Shown here piece after piece: positions 48,901-62,880 of a stretch of 64,000 nt of DNA. This DNA is from Octopus sinensis (lineage: Eukaryota): positions 40,362,001 through 40,426,000 of the forward strand of contig NC_043002.1 in the NCBI RefSeq assembly GCF_006345805.1, in the 5' to 3' direction. The stretch's first letter is position 1. The number at the start of each line of letters is the position of its first letter. Under the pieces are notes generated by a model. It searched no databases, was not told the origin of the DNA, and saw only the letters and a program-made list of their open reading frames with translations. The translations under genes were made by a program, and so were the position numbers.

Positions 48901-50514
48901 GAAGACTTAATCCTACCTCTGCAAAAATGATGAAGATTCAGTATTAAGAGCATGGTCATTCACATGCACCAAATCTCAGAGCATTTCCATACAGGACTCA
49001 ACAATTTCAATAACAATATATTTCTTTAATGAGATTACAGGACAAATGCCACAAATCAAAAGTTACACAACAACTAGCTCTTGAATAAATATTTCTCCTG
49101 CAGCTGTTAACTAGTTTATTTTACATTAATTCTATGAACCTCTCTAATGTACCTACAAATTAGTGTTTATGATTTTGTTCCCTGATATATAGTTTCTCTT
49201 CTGCACCTTACTTTTGTATCAATCAGCAGTGTTACTGACATGTTTATTCATCAATAATTCACTCAAGAAGGGGCTAGTTTAATAGAAATGAAATTAAATG
49301 CACATATATTTGTTTCTAAGTTTCAAGAAATTTTGCTATGACACTTAATAATTCAAATGGAGAATGTTGTGATGTAATAATTTGTCAGTGAACTACATAC
49401 AATGAAATTAAAGCTTAATTATGTGTCTTGCAATAATCAGGATGCAATACTCCAACATTATGGTAAAAACAAAGATAAGAGAAATGTACCGGCATTATCA
49501 GTAAGGACAATGAGAGTTCTAGTTAATCTGATCAACAGATCTGTTCGTGAAATTGTGGCTGAGCATTCCACAGACACACATAACCTTAACGTAGTTCTTG
49601 GGAGATTCAGCATGACACAAAAAGCGACAAGGTTGGTCCTTTGAAATATAGCTGAGATAACTGGAGTGACATGATATAAAGTATTTTGCTCAAGGACTCA
49701 ACACGCCACAAGGGATTGAATTCATGATCTAATGACCAGGAGCTGAATATCCTAACCACTAAGCCATGTATAGAACTAAAGAAAAATATGTAAGATGCAT
49801 TTAGAAGTTAATAACATCGATTAATGAAGAAAGAAATCATGACCAGACACAAGCTTGGCTATGGAATTAAGATGTTCATTTCCCAACCACATACTTGTTG
49901 AATTCAATACCACTTAAACAAATGTCTTGCATCAAGCAAAACACTGCTGTCTCAAGAAGTCTTGTCTAACCCATGCAAGCATGAAAAACGTGAATATAAA
50001 AACAATGAAGATTTATACATGGTAAATGATCAATTGGCTTTCAAACAATAAAAAAATTGAACCAATTATAATTAAAGATCCTTTTTAATACACCGGATAC
50101 AATATCAATATTTTCATGTTTTATAACAAGTTTCTACAAGATGGATGAAAGAACCCATTGTCATAATTATAGCTGCATTCATCAAAACCAGCACATAAAT
50201 TCTAATCAAGATACTGCATCAACATATTTTTGAGAACCCTTTACATAAAAAATTTCATAATCAAATGCTGTCAATAGTAAACACTGGTTAATTAATGCTC
50301 TTGAAAAATATAATACAGGATGAGATTGTCTTGTGAAAGTATTCCTAATATACCTCTTACATTTGCTTCAGTTGTTAACCCTTTTGATACTAACCTGCCC
50401 AAAACCACCCTTGTTTCTAGGATACAAATTTTGTTTTATGGTGATCTAAATAATAATTTCCCATTAAGCTTCTGTGTTAATTTACATCCCAATTGCTAGC
50501 TTAGTAATGACTAA

Positions 50515-51135
50515 AATCATCATCATCATCAAAGATCCGTTTTCCATGCTAGCATGGGATGGATGACTTGACAGAAACTGGTGAGGCTAAGGACTACATC
50601 AGGTTCCATAGTCTTTTGGCTTGGTTTCTACAGCTGGATGCCCTTCTTAACACCAACTACTCCACGGAGTACTGGGTGCTTTTTATGTGGCACCAGCACC
50701 CACACTAATGCCATTTACAGGGCAACCTTGGTTTTGGGACCTCAATTCTGTTGTGGTGGGTGGGTCTTCTCAAGTACAGCAAGTGCCACATATCTCCTTC
50801 GTAAGGTTCAGAGTTTTGAGATCGGCCTCCAAAACTTCATCCCATGTCTCCCTCTTCCACAACTTCCCTCCACTTTAAGTGATCGGCACTATGCAATTGT
50901 CCTCATCCATCCACATCATGGCCAAATCAGCATATTCTCCTCTCTTGTACACTGCATAAAATTCCTATGTCCAACTTCTTTCCCCACATCCAACCGAGCA
51001 TACCAGCTTCATTCCTCTGCAGCCTTTGCATGTTCTCCACATTCAGGGTCTGCACCTCACTACCATACAGCACTGCAATTCATGGACATGGACCATGCAA
51101 TCTTGCCTTTACTGAGACAGAGTAAAAGCCAACAG
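50515..51135 (-). mobile_element. Decayed RTE LINE 3' fragment
   Basis: (CAT)n tail plus ttttccatgctagcatggg; the reverse strand shows relics of GRLRKTW.EV and WYGH-type segments. Confidence 0.75.
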
Positions 51136-51180
51136 AGGTAAAAGCTTTCCAGACTTTGTCCGTCCTATTTTTATTCTTTA

Positions 51181-52024
51181 CTAGCAGAATTGCCCGGCAT
51201 TGCTCGGGGCTGAATTGCTTGAAAGTACTGTTAATGATTGCACTGAATTATGATGATTATTCAGGCAAATATTGATATAAGTTTACGGTGGGAGATAAGG
51301 ACTTAACGATCAAGCGTGTGCCATTGCATTGTTTTGGGGGAACCAAATTTCTGATGAGCATTATAGGGGCACCAACTTTAAGTTTGAGAAAGTGTGGTGG
51401 TAGTCCGGGGTGCTCAAAGGAATTGAGTACCTCTATTGGATAGTTGATGACGTCCTCTGGGTCGGGAGTTGTATCGATAGACTGATATACATAGACTTCC
51501 CCAGGAATGAGTTTTAGCATTTCATCATTAATATGGTGAACAGTTTTATTCCTCGGGGCCAGTATAGCCTTTTTGCCAATCCAATCCATATTCTGATAAT
51601 TAGCTTGTAGATCTGGGAACACTGCATCTCTGAGATCAGAAGGCGTCTTAACAATGGTACAAATGGAATTGATGGCAATATTACCATTTTCATCCCCTGG
51701 TATTTTGCCTTCGCCAAGTGCAAGGAGGGTGTGAGGAAATGCTGCTGATGTGATATTACGTCGCATATGAGCACGCATATTGGTGTGAAGTTTGAGAGTT
51801 ACTTCCCTTTATTTAAAAAAATATGCATTAAAATGGAAAAAAATGATGGTAAATTATTTGTAAAATCATAGACTCATCGTAGACGCACGCTAATACCCAG
51901 AAGGGCTCGATATGAATCACGACTATAAGATACCCGGTTTTGGTTAAACTGCATCGCAAAATGTGGAAGTAGTTAGGAATCTAAATCGGAGTAGACAAAC
52001 ACACAACCTTTCTTTTATATATAA
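51181..52024 (-). mobile_element. Non-autonomous Helitron carrying a Pif1/RepHel helicase fragment
   Basis: ORF 51257-51778: AILAPRN, LNSFEHPGLPPHFLKLKVGAPIMLIRNL, CNGTRLIVKSL. 3' hairpin cccgagcaatgccggg followed by CTAG|T; 5' end (T)TATATATAAAAG. Confidence 0.9.
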
Positions 52025-54399
52025 ATATTTTCGCCCTAAAAAACTTTGTATGGATTGAATGGTTACCTCTATGGAAATATATACACGCACATTATACATA
52101 CATGTGTGTATAGATGAATATATAAATACATTTAAATATCTATATACACTTTTGGGCGATCTTTGTGCTACTTAGAGATGGCTAAAAACCATGTAGCTTT
52201 ATCACTCCTTCCTAATTCCTGCCATCCTTGGTACTCCATACCCACCACTGATGAATTTTGGAAAACTTGATGCTTCTTACTTAGTAACCTACCTGTTTCT
52301 TTCTCTTATTCTCACTAAGAACTATCATGCTCAGTGCCAGACAATAAGATGCTTATTACTACTAATACTGAAGATATCTACAGTGAATATTGCATGTCAT
52401 ACATGAATTGAGGTGGGTGAGAGTAATAATACCAAACCAAGCAGAGATGAAACATCTATTTAAATGAGTTCTGATTGTTGAAAGGCAATTGCACCAAATT
52501 TCTTTCTTTTCAGATACAGCAGATACCAATCAAATAATTGCTGGAGATCTGTTTCTCTTTCCAGGTCATCATCATCAACATTAAGTCAGGAGAGATTGTT
52601 CAGATGCAGATTGGTATACACTGTGTGCAGGAAGTAAGCTGGAAAGGATGGAGGACTCAACCAAACATGTCACAGGCAAGGAACAACAACACAAATTCTG
52701 AGTTGATACCATCAACTGAGTGGATGGTATAGATATACCATTCGCTATGAAATGGGTAAAGTAAGTGAAGCAGTCAAAACGAGTGAGGAGAGAGAGAGAG
52801 AATATTGCATGAAGACCCAACAGATGGACTGACCATACAAATTTGACAGAAGTATAACAGATCAGGTGATGAAAGATAAGCAGAAAAAGCAGCTGACTCA
52901 TTGGAATAGTTGTTGAGATGCTTAAATCTGACAAAGTAGGCTATAGATTTTGTTCAAACCATCCATGAGGTTAATACATTGCATTCTACACAAGTAAAAA
53001 CACCTGTGCCAAAAATATTTTTCAAAATTTTTAAGGATAACTTTTCCTCCAAAACACAAATGCCTCACCAAATCTTCTAACATTCAAACTGAAATTTCCC
53101 CATTCTGCTACACTATCTGCTATAGTAAGTAGCAGCATCAGATATTACTCAAATTCAATGAGACAATAGATTTAGCAATAAGGCACTATCTGATTTGGGT
53201 TTGAATAGTAGTATGGTAAATAAGGGTAATGGAGCACTCACATATTTAGATGTGGCTCATTATGACCACGTTGATATATTAGGAATAATGAACCCAATAC
53301 AATAGAAAATTTAGTGAATAAACTGAAGGCTCAATTAGTAGTTAATAATTATGGAACAAATATCTCTCCAGTGGCTTCAACTATGTACAAGGCTGATTTG
53401 CATAAGGTAGTGTACTATAATGAACAAAATGGGAGCAAATCTGTGGATATAACTGGAGAGTAGTAGATAAATGTCCATTAAATGGAGACTGCCTTCACAA
53501 GAACATTGTTTATCAAAGTACTGCAAGAACCCATAATAAGCGTAAATGTTACGTAGAGTATACAACAATGTTTTTTTGTATTGTCACTCATTTTCTAACC
53601 CTAAGCTTAGACATTCAACTTCTCATGCAGAGCATATATTTAATTCAAAATCTAAGGGCAGAGAGTTTTAAAAGGAATGGAGTTTCATAAATTCGATCAA
53701 ACTGTACCAAGGGAACAGACAAGACTGTCACTTATGTACAGTTGAAATACTTGAGATTTTTATAGCAGCTGAGAATCTATTGAATAAAGAGAATTAAATT
53801 ATAGCTGAGTAAAAGCATAGGTTTCCTTAGACTTTCAGGTACATATCATGGAACACAAAGAAATTATTTGTACATTAATAGAAGATGTGAAACAGTAAAC
53901 ATGCATATGTGTGTGTATACACACATATCCATGCCTGCACCCCTCTTTCCCCTATTTATATATACACACACACACGTATATATAAGTATATAAGAATATG
54001 TAAAAGAATGCATACACACACATGTATATACTCCCTATTCATCTGTTCTCATTCACATCTACTCACCTCATCGGTTTACACACTCTCTCTTATATATATA
54101 TAAACAGACATGGAAGGACTGGAAAAACGGTGGTAACAGGGAATTGCATCAGATTGCCAGAAGGGAAACTAGGAGAATGGTTTACTTAGCCAGATGAGAA
54201 GCAGATAAACTATTTGCCAATGCTCTGCATCGTGAGGATCAAAGACTGTTTCATATTGCATGACTGTGTGAGAGAGAATCATGATGTCATTGGATAGAAA
54301 TGTGTCTGCATGGATGACGGCTCAATTGCAGACACCACTATGAAAGGTTGCTAAATGAAAAGAATGAATAGGAGAAAGACAAGTCTACTGAAGGTCGAC

Positions 54400-56465
54400 C
54401 CCACAGAGGGACCACCTAGCTACCTGAATTGACAGTACTTTGGTAGATAAAGCAATTAAGGGTATGAAGACAGGGAAAGCCCCAGGCCCATCAGGAATCA
54501 CCGCAGAGATGCTTAAACTATCTGGAGGTGTCAGCTATAGTCTAGTCACCTGTATATGAAGGAGTTATACCCAATGACTGGTGTAGCAGTACCATAGTCA
54601 ACTGCTACAAAGGTAAAGGTGATGCACTAGATACGAATAATTAGAAGTATCAAGTTGTTGGATCAAGTAATGAAAGACATGAAGGGGGTCCATAGCCCAA
54701 CTAATCAGGGAGAGAGCCAGTCTAGACAAGATGCAGTTTGGGTTGTGCCAAGAAAAAGCACCACTGATGCTATATTTCTGGTACGATAGCTGAAGGAGAA
54801 ATACATAGCCAAAGATCAACCTCTGTACCTGGCTTTCGTTTACATGGAGAAAACCTTTGACAGGGTTCTCCAATCCCTTATCTGGTGGCCAATGCAGAAA
54901 CTAGGGATAGTTGAGTGGTTAGTGAGAGCTGTACAAGCCATGTACAGGGATGTTGTCAGTAAGGTGAGGGTTGGCAACGAGTAGAGTGAAGAATTCTGAG
55001 TAGGGGCAGGGGTTCACCAAGGATTTGTCCTCAGCCCCCTCTTATTCAGCATAGTCCTCCAGGCAATAACAGAAGAATTCAAGACAGGATACTCCTGGGA
55101 GCATCTCTATGCTGATGACCTTGCTCTAATAGCTAAGTCAATATCAGAACTAGAAGAGAAGTTTCAGATGTGGAAGCAAGGTTTAGAATCGAAGAGCCTC
55201 AGAGTCAATCTAGCAAAAACCAAAGTCTTAATAATAGGAAGGCAGACAAACCACAAATCCCTTCAGGTAGATGACCCTGCTCAACCTGTAGAAAAGGTGT
55301 AGGTAGAAACTCCATAAGATGTACCTAGTGTAAGCTATGGACACATAAGAAGTGCAGCAATATCAAAGGAAAGCTAACTGGGAAGATAGCTTTTGTGTGT
55401 GGCAAATGCTCAGGGGAAATAAACAGAAAATGTGCAGAAAACACCACCTGTCACATTTCAGGGGTAAAAACTACAAGCTGTTGACAGCTTCCATTACTTA
55501 GGTGACCAAGTCAGTAGCAGGAGTGGTTGCTTTGAGAGCATAGCTGCTAGAATAAGAATAGCCTGGGCAAAGTTCAGAGAGCTACTACCTCTGCTGGTGA
55601 TAAAGGGCCTCTTGCTCAGAGTAAAAGGTAGACTGTAAGGCGCATGTGTACAAACTGCCATGCTACATGGCAGTGAAACATGGACCATGACAACTGAGGA
55701 CAAGCGTAAGCTTGCAAGGAATGAAGCTAGTATGCTCTGCTGGATGTGTAATGTCAGTGTGCATATATAATGGAGTGTAAGTACCCTGAGAGAAAAGTTG
55801 GACATAAGAAGCATCAGATGTGAGAAGCAAGAGAGATGACTGCACTGGTATGGCCATGTGTTGCATATGGATGAGGACAGCTGTATGAAAAAGTGTCACA
55901 CCCTAGCAGTAGAAGGAACCTGTATAAGAGATAGGTCTAGGAAGACCTGGGATGAGGTGTTGAAGCACAATCTTCGAATGTTGGGCCCCACCGAGGCGAT
56001 GACAAGTGACTGAGACCTTTGGAGATATGCTCTGCCTGAGAAGACCCGGCAAGCCAAGTGAGACCATAACTGTGGCCTATACAAGTGTAGCATAACCAGC
56101 CCATTTAAGAGTACCCTTTAATCATTGGGCAATATATGCACTTACAAAGACCTGTTGAGGCAAGTGAAGTCGTCCTCATGGCTGACGACAGTACCTCCTA
56201 ACTGGCACCCGTGCCGGCGGCAAGTAAAAAGCACCATTCAAGCATGGCCGACACCAGTACTGCCTAACTGGCTCTCATGCTGGTGGCACGTAAAAAAACA
56301 CCCACTACACTCTTGGAGTGGTTGGCATTAGAAAGGGCTTCTAGCTGTAGAAACACTGCCAGATTGGACTGGAGCCTGGTGCAGCCTTCTGGTTCTCCAG
56401 CCCTCACTCAAACTGTCCAACACATGCCAGCATGGAAAGCAGACGTTAGACAACAATGATGATGG
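54400..56465 (+). mobile_element. 5'-truncated, decayed RTE LINE (RT domain, PHD-type finger, 3' UTR, tail)
   Basis: MKTGKAPGPSGITAEMLK, IPNDWCSSTIVNCYKGKGD, YADDLAL, CSTC..CT*CKLWTHKKC..CGKC; several stops and frameshifts; (ATG)n tail. Confidence 0.92.
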
Positions 56466-56935
56466 TATATATATATATATAAAAGGGTTGACAGTATCCA
56501 ATAAGTTCAAGGACTGCATCATGCTACACTGTCTACTTTGGCATAGCTTCTACGGGTGGATGCTGTTCCTAATGCCAACCAATTTACAGTGAGTACTGCA
56601 TGCCTTTTCCAGGTCACCAGCACTAAGTTTGCCATGCAGATTGCAAGACAATGAACCCCAAGAGAAGTGGCTTTATACTGGGAGATGATGGGTTGAAGTC
56701 AAAGATTTTTTGATGGGGGCTACATGGCTATTCACATTTTAGAAGAGAGAGATGGGGTGATCAAGAAAGAGATAAAAATAGCAGTGATGAGGCATCCGGG
56801 TGGACCTTCAACATGAGGTGAGTAAATGTGAATGAAGATAGGATAGGGAGAGTGTCAATTGTATATTCACACACATGTACATCTATATATGTATAAGTAT
56901 GTCTGTTTATATATATATATACATACACACACATA

Positions 56936-57549
56936 CAGGGTGTTTGGACTAAATTTGATTTTTTTTTTTTTGTCTCTTTTTACAGGAACAGCTTGAACAG
57001 CTTTGGAGAGTATGAAGATTAAAATGGTAGTTGAATTAAAGCTAGCTGACAACAAAATATTGGAAAAGAGTTACTCGTATCATGATGAATCACACCAGGT
57101 ATCAAAATACTGACACCAACACTCTGTGAAGACTAATAGCTTTCAGATGTGACATAGATTATGAAGTCATGGCCAACAGAGAGGGACACAGCAGGCTGTC
57201 GAAGAATTTCTATAACTTCACCAGCCCCAATTTCAGGTCTCCTATTTCCCTAAATTGTAATCCCATTGATTATGATGCATGGGGTGTGGTTCAGAAACAC
57301 ACCAACCACTCTGCCTGCAAGACCAAGGAGTTTTTGAAGATCTCCTCAGTGACAGAGTAAGGAACGCATGCACCAGGTTCTGGAGCTGTCTTGAAGTTGT
57401 GGTGGAAGCTGAGGGTGACAATTTTGAGTAAATTGTTGTCTCTCAGCCATAATTTAGTTGATAGTTTTTGATTCTTTTAAAAAATACTTTTATTTTTGGA
57501 TGGGATATTGTGTTTTCTTTTCCTTTTGTGCAAGCTGACAAACACCCTG
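56936..57549 (+). mobile_element. Non-autonomous Tc1/mariner element with a transposase C-terminal relic
   Basis: 11-bp TIR CAGGGTGTTTG and TA TSD on both sides; SLNCNPIDYDAWGVVQKHTN (SPDLNPLDY-type) and ACTRFWSCLEVVVEAEGDNFE* relics. Confidence 0.85.
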
Positions 57550-57658
57550 TACAGAGACACACATACAGTATTTGTATGCATACAGGATGCACTCTTGCGT
57601 AAAAAACCCTATTTTACAAGGATATTTTGCTGTAAAACAAATTGACTATTAATGATCT

Positions 57659-57903
57659 GTATATCATATTTAAAGTACATATACTGTAGAAAGACTTCTA
57701 AACGGCTGTATTCATCTTGAGAAAGTATCCCTTATAGATGTATAGTGTTAAGAGATAGAAATATATCGACAGCAGACAAAGACTGCCCAGCTGATATATT
57801 TCTGTGTTTTTTAACACTATACATCTATAAGAGATACTTTCTCAAGATGAATACTTCAGTTTAGAAGGCGTTCAATAATATATATGCTTTAAGTATGATA
57901 TAC
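57659..57903. repeat. Foldback element / long imperfect inverted repeat (arms about 110 bp, loop about 25 bp)
   Basis: gtattcatcttgagaaagtatc(c)cttatagatgtatagtgttaa pairs with ttaacactatacatctataag(a)gatactttctcaagatgaatac (1 mismatch in 44); outer arms also pair. Confidence 0.88.
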
Positions 57904-58785
57904 TAATAATTTAAACTCGTACAACTTTCATCACTAATAAAGAAATTGAGTACAGTTTAACATACACTTAGGGAAAGCTATTTTAAAGTGGTTTATATAA
58001 TGGCTATGTATGGTTTTGTACATGTAAATATGATGTTGAGACAATATACTGGAGTGAAGTATGAAACTACATTTGTCATAAACAATGTTATGGGTATTGT
58101 ATCTCAACTTGATCTTTTAGACCAAATGTTTATATTTTGATCAAGCAGTGTGATGTTTCTTGTTACCATGATCAAACAAGGGTAGCACACTACTGCTCAG
58201 GTTTTGTTGTAATCCACTCTTAGAAAATAGCAGATGAAAGTTTCTTTCATCTTTCTAGAAGTTTTCATTTAGATAATAAATGTTTTGTAAAAGTAACACA
58301 GTCATTAAATAATGTAAGACATGTGTCAGGTGTGGGTTATGCATGATGGGGAAGGGGCCGAGATCATGTGACCTCTTCACATAACTGCTGACGTAATTAA
58401 AGAAATTTTTCTGAAGTTTATGCTAACAGTCAGTGATGATTTGGCTTGATTTCAGTATTTTATTATTAGTAACAGTTATGCCAAGCAGACTTATGCCCAT
58501 CCAGCCTCCTAGCCTATGGCACTCAGTCTGCCATTTGCAACATGATTACATTAGAAGCAGAGCAACTTCTTTTTTATACATTTAAAAATTAAAGCACATC
58601 ATATACACAAATAAACATGATACACGCACACAGGATTATCTCATAATACATATGTCTGAAAAATTGAAGAAAAAGTGTGCAAACACACTATGAAAACTTA
58701 ATTCCAAAAAGTTTGTGTCCTGTTTTTTCTAAGATCTTTTTTAAACAGTCAATAACTTTTAAGAAAGTCTTTCTACAAATACGTG

Positions 58786-58832
<47 letters not shown>

Positions 58833-60514
58833 ATGATACATTGGGCAGAAGTCTTAAAGCCTTGTGAGTGGATTTGGTAGATGAAAAGTGAAAGAAGCCC
58901 TCTGTATATGCATATATGTACAGATGCAGGCATGGCTGTGTGGTTAAGCTCAGTTTGGAATCACTTGATTAGGGATCCAGCCTGACTATGTTGAATGCTG
59001 TTGGCTAATGTTCTAAATTCTAAAGCTGAAGGTTGACCAATACTATGTGAGTGTAATTGGTAGAAAGAAACTGAAGCTTGTGTGTGTGTGTGTGTGTGTA
59101 CATACATACAGGCACTGTCAGAGTTGTGTGGTTCAGAATTTTGCTTCCCAGCGTGGCACCTTGAGAAAATGCCTACTGCAGCTCTGGATTGGCGAAAGGT
59201 TTGTGAATAGATATGGTAGACAGAAACAGAAAGAAGTCTGTCATGTGTATATGTGCCCTGTGTCACCATCAAACAAGTGGTGTCATTCATTTTCAGTCTT
59301 CTGTGAAAACATATCCAGTCAAGGGGAGGTATCAGCTTGCTTGGAAACAAGGATAGATATCAGGAAGGGCATCTGGGTATGGAAAACCTGTCCTGACAAA
59401 TTCCATCTCACTTATGCAAGCATGGAGAAACAAATGCTAAAATGGTGATCATAACAATATGTGCCACCATCTGTGTGTGTGTTTGCGCAAATGACTTCAT
59501 ATCTCCCCATCCCCATGTTTTGGTGACTTAAAACATCAGGTATCATATACTCAATCCACCACGAAAGCACATTGGGGCTTCTTGACATGTCAATGTTGTG
59601 CAACCTTTATAAACAGAAGATGCTAGCAACTATGTCCAGGCTGTTCATTGCTTGACAGAATAGAAGATTATGACTTTGCTTGAAAACAAGTATAGGTTGG
59701 TGGCAGAAAGACCATCCAGTGATAGAAAGTCTGCTTTGACAAAATCTGCCTGACCCATGCAAACATAGAAGTGTGGACATTCCAAAATGATTAACACAAT
59801 GTATGTGTGTGAGGGGCAAGTTCATATTTCCCCTTGTCTGTATATCTTATGCCCATTGATAAACTATGTATACATGTATACTCACAAAGTTGAAAACTGA
59901 AAAATGATTACACAAACTTCCATCAGGTCTGCCAATCTCATTGTTCAAAATATTTTATTAATGTAATTATTAATTTAATCTTTTTTCATAAACATAATAA
60001 ATGAAGATGAATTGGGCAAGGACAATTCAACACATACTACAAATGTTTCAATAGCAGGTTAATTTGTTTGCATTAGGTGTACTACTTTAGCCAAAATCAT
60101 CACACCAGCCAATTGATCAAGCATTTTGAACCATCAACAGAATATGGAGTGCTGACTTTTTCTCCAAAAATGGTTTAGAATGCTTAGTGAAATGGCTTGT
60201 GATCTTGGCTTATGTAATACACCCACTGCTAATAAATGACCATGCTACTGAAACATTTGTAGCATGTATTGAACTGTCATTGTCCAGCCATCTTCATTTA
60301 TTCTATTTCTTCACCTTATGGTTGGCTAATGTTACTAAAAAGACAAGGCTTGCAAAATAATAGCATCAAACAGTTATGATCATTTTATCTAATCTTGTAA
60401 TTGGAAAATATAATGGGGATATTTATTAGTATTCTTACAGTGTACACCAATGGCCAACTACATGTTGGAAGCTACCAAACTAATAACCACAATCTGCAAA
60501 ATCCAAATCTCTCT

Positions 60515-60549
<35 letters not shown>

Positions 60550-61509
60550 CACATTGAAAATTTTGCAGATGGAAACTGCAAGAAACCTATGATGCATACA
60601 TGTGTGTGTGAACCAATGTGCATGAATACTGATATTGTATACTTGTCACCACTTGAGCTAAGTGGTGATGATACTGCCAGACACCAAAAGTTGTTCAGCA
60701 ATACAGAAAAACTAAAAAAAAATTCCTTACTTGAAAAATGAAAGCAAATAGAGATAGGGAACCTGGAGAGTGGGTAAATTTGCAAGAGTGTGAAAATAGT
60801 GTAACATGATTATGATTAAAGATAGGGGATTGAGGTTGATGACAGTGAATATCAACTTGGGGTGAATGAAATAGTAGGGATACAATGGCAAATATAGGAC
60901 AAACTATCATTTAATTTACAGTAGATGAGTTATGTGAGAAGGCTTAACAGGACTTCATTTTTGCAGAATTAGCCAGGTTTTCTAGTGCAACATACCACCA
61001 TTCAATTCAGTCTCTGTACTCTTGTGAGGCTTAACATACAGGAGTGTATGTGTGTGTGTGTGTATATATATGTTTGAAAACATATACAACTAAATATTTT
61101 ACATAGCACAAACATTAACCCATATAGAACTTAATACACTGGGTGTAAGAGAAAGCTCCATAATAACAATCATAAAATTTGTTCTATGTTTCAGCCTTGG
61201 CTGATCACGGAAGTCATAATCTGCTGAGTAAGTAGACTGTCAAGTTTTGATTATATATACATGCACACATACACTTATTGATGCACTGAATATGTAACCT
61301 ATGTTTAAACTCCCAGTCTCATACAATGCAGATGTGGAAAATAATGTAGCAACAAGGGCCACATATAGTCAAAACATGATTCTTTTGCCATATATATGGA
61401 GAATATTACAATGGATTATATATATTTCAATATCTTCTAACTAATGTGATCAATTTGAATGATTATTGATTTCAGAAATATATGTAGTGAAATATTTTAA
61501 AATACCTCT

Positions 61510-61725
61510 TTATTACCCACAAGGGGCTAAACATAGAGGGGACACACACAAGGACAGACAAATGTATTAAGTCGATTACATTGACCCCAGTGCGTAACTG
61601 GTACTTAATTTATTGACCCCGAAAGGATGAAAGGCAAAGTCAACCTCGGAGAAATTTGAACTCAGAACGTAGCGGCACTAAGCATTTTGCCTGGCGTGCT
61701 AACGTTTCTGCCAGCTCGCTGCCTT
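61510..61725 (-). mobile_element. tRNA-derived SINE with a Deu/Nin-like domain
   Basis: The reverse strand has gactttgcctttcatcctttcggggtcaataaattaagtaccag, which I recall as the Deu/Nin-domain core. Confidence 0.65.
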
Positions 61726-61819
61726 TTTATTTTAAAATACCATTAACTTGTTTTCTTTGTGTGTGCATATGTGTATATTTACCACTGTTACTTAAGAAAC
61801 TATCAGATGTTATATACCA

Positions 61820-62400
61820 CTAGTCACAATGCGCTTCCAATTCGTTCTTGATTGCACCCTTCTTTTCCATCTTGGTCTAACTGAATTGCCTTCCCACTGT
61901 CATGGAAGCCTTCTGAGTGGCCTTTTCCAATCTCTTGGATATCACTCAAGAACTGCATAAGTCCAACAATCATCTGGGAACCTTGCGACATGTCTGGCTC
62001 AGCAGAATTTGTGCTTTTCGGCATTCTGTGATCACATTGTTCACAAATTACCTCATTTTAGATATGCTCTCACAATGACATTCCTAGCAAGGATGTTTCC
62101 ATGGCCCTTTGCATCATAACCGATCGATATTCTACCCTCTTCATAGGCCACATCTCACTTGCATGTACATGAGTTTCCGACAACATCAAGGATCCTTCAG
62201 GGAGACAGCCAAGCAACTTTATGACCATGTTAAACTGACTCCCATCCTTAGGAATAGAAAAAGTTTTGACTCCATTGTAAGACAAAATCATCACCAAGCA
62301 GAAGTAATCAAGACACCAACAGAGCCTATATATCTCTGACCTTGACTATACTGGTGATCTTCTCACAGCTCTTCTTAACATACTTATAGTATGCCTTAGC
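61820..62400 (-). mobile_element. Decayed RTE-clade LINE 3' part (a different family from the PHD-bearing RTE)
   Basis: Relics such as HASEMW..QRAMETSLLGMSL and YPRDWKRPLRRLP. Confidence 0.7.
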
Positions 62401-62479
62401 CAAGACCAGCCCGTTTCTCATGACCTAGGATGAACACCACATGTCAAATTAATGCAATTCACAGAAGTAACTACTTTCC

Positions 62480-62880
62480 TTTTAGGTTACTAGGTTGGTG
62501 ACAGAAAGAAAGGCTTCTTGGTATGTAAGAGACAAGCCCAAAGAAACTGTAACATGCTCTGGCAACCAAGTATTTCAGAGCCAACAAAGCAGACCTTTTT
62601 CAGAGCATGTGTAGAGAGCATTCTCCATGGAGATAACACCTGAACTATGATGAATGAGCTTGATGGTAGGAGGCTTAAACAGATCATGTTGTGAACAAAG
62701 TACCAAGGAGGAAGTTTTTGAGCACTTTCTAGCAAACCTTATTCAAAGCAAGAGTAAGCTTTGATGTCCACTGCTATTGTGCTGAATAGGTCATATCAGA
62801 TGTTATACTTATGGGGTCTTCCATATACTATACATTGATATTATGGCAAAGACTATGGAATTGAGGACAGAGATTCCAGG
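62480..62880 (+). mobile_element. Decayed non-LTR retrotransposon RT thumb fragment
   Basis: The + frame reads ISEPTKQTFFRACVESILHG, typical of the LINE RT thumb (FF.A.VESILLYG). Confidence 0.55.
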
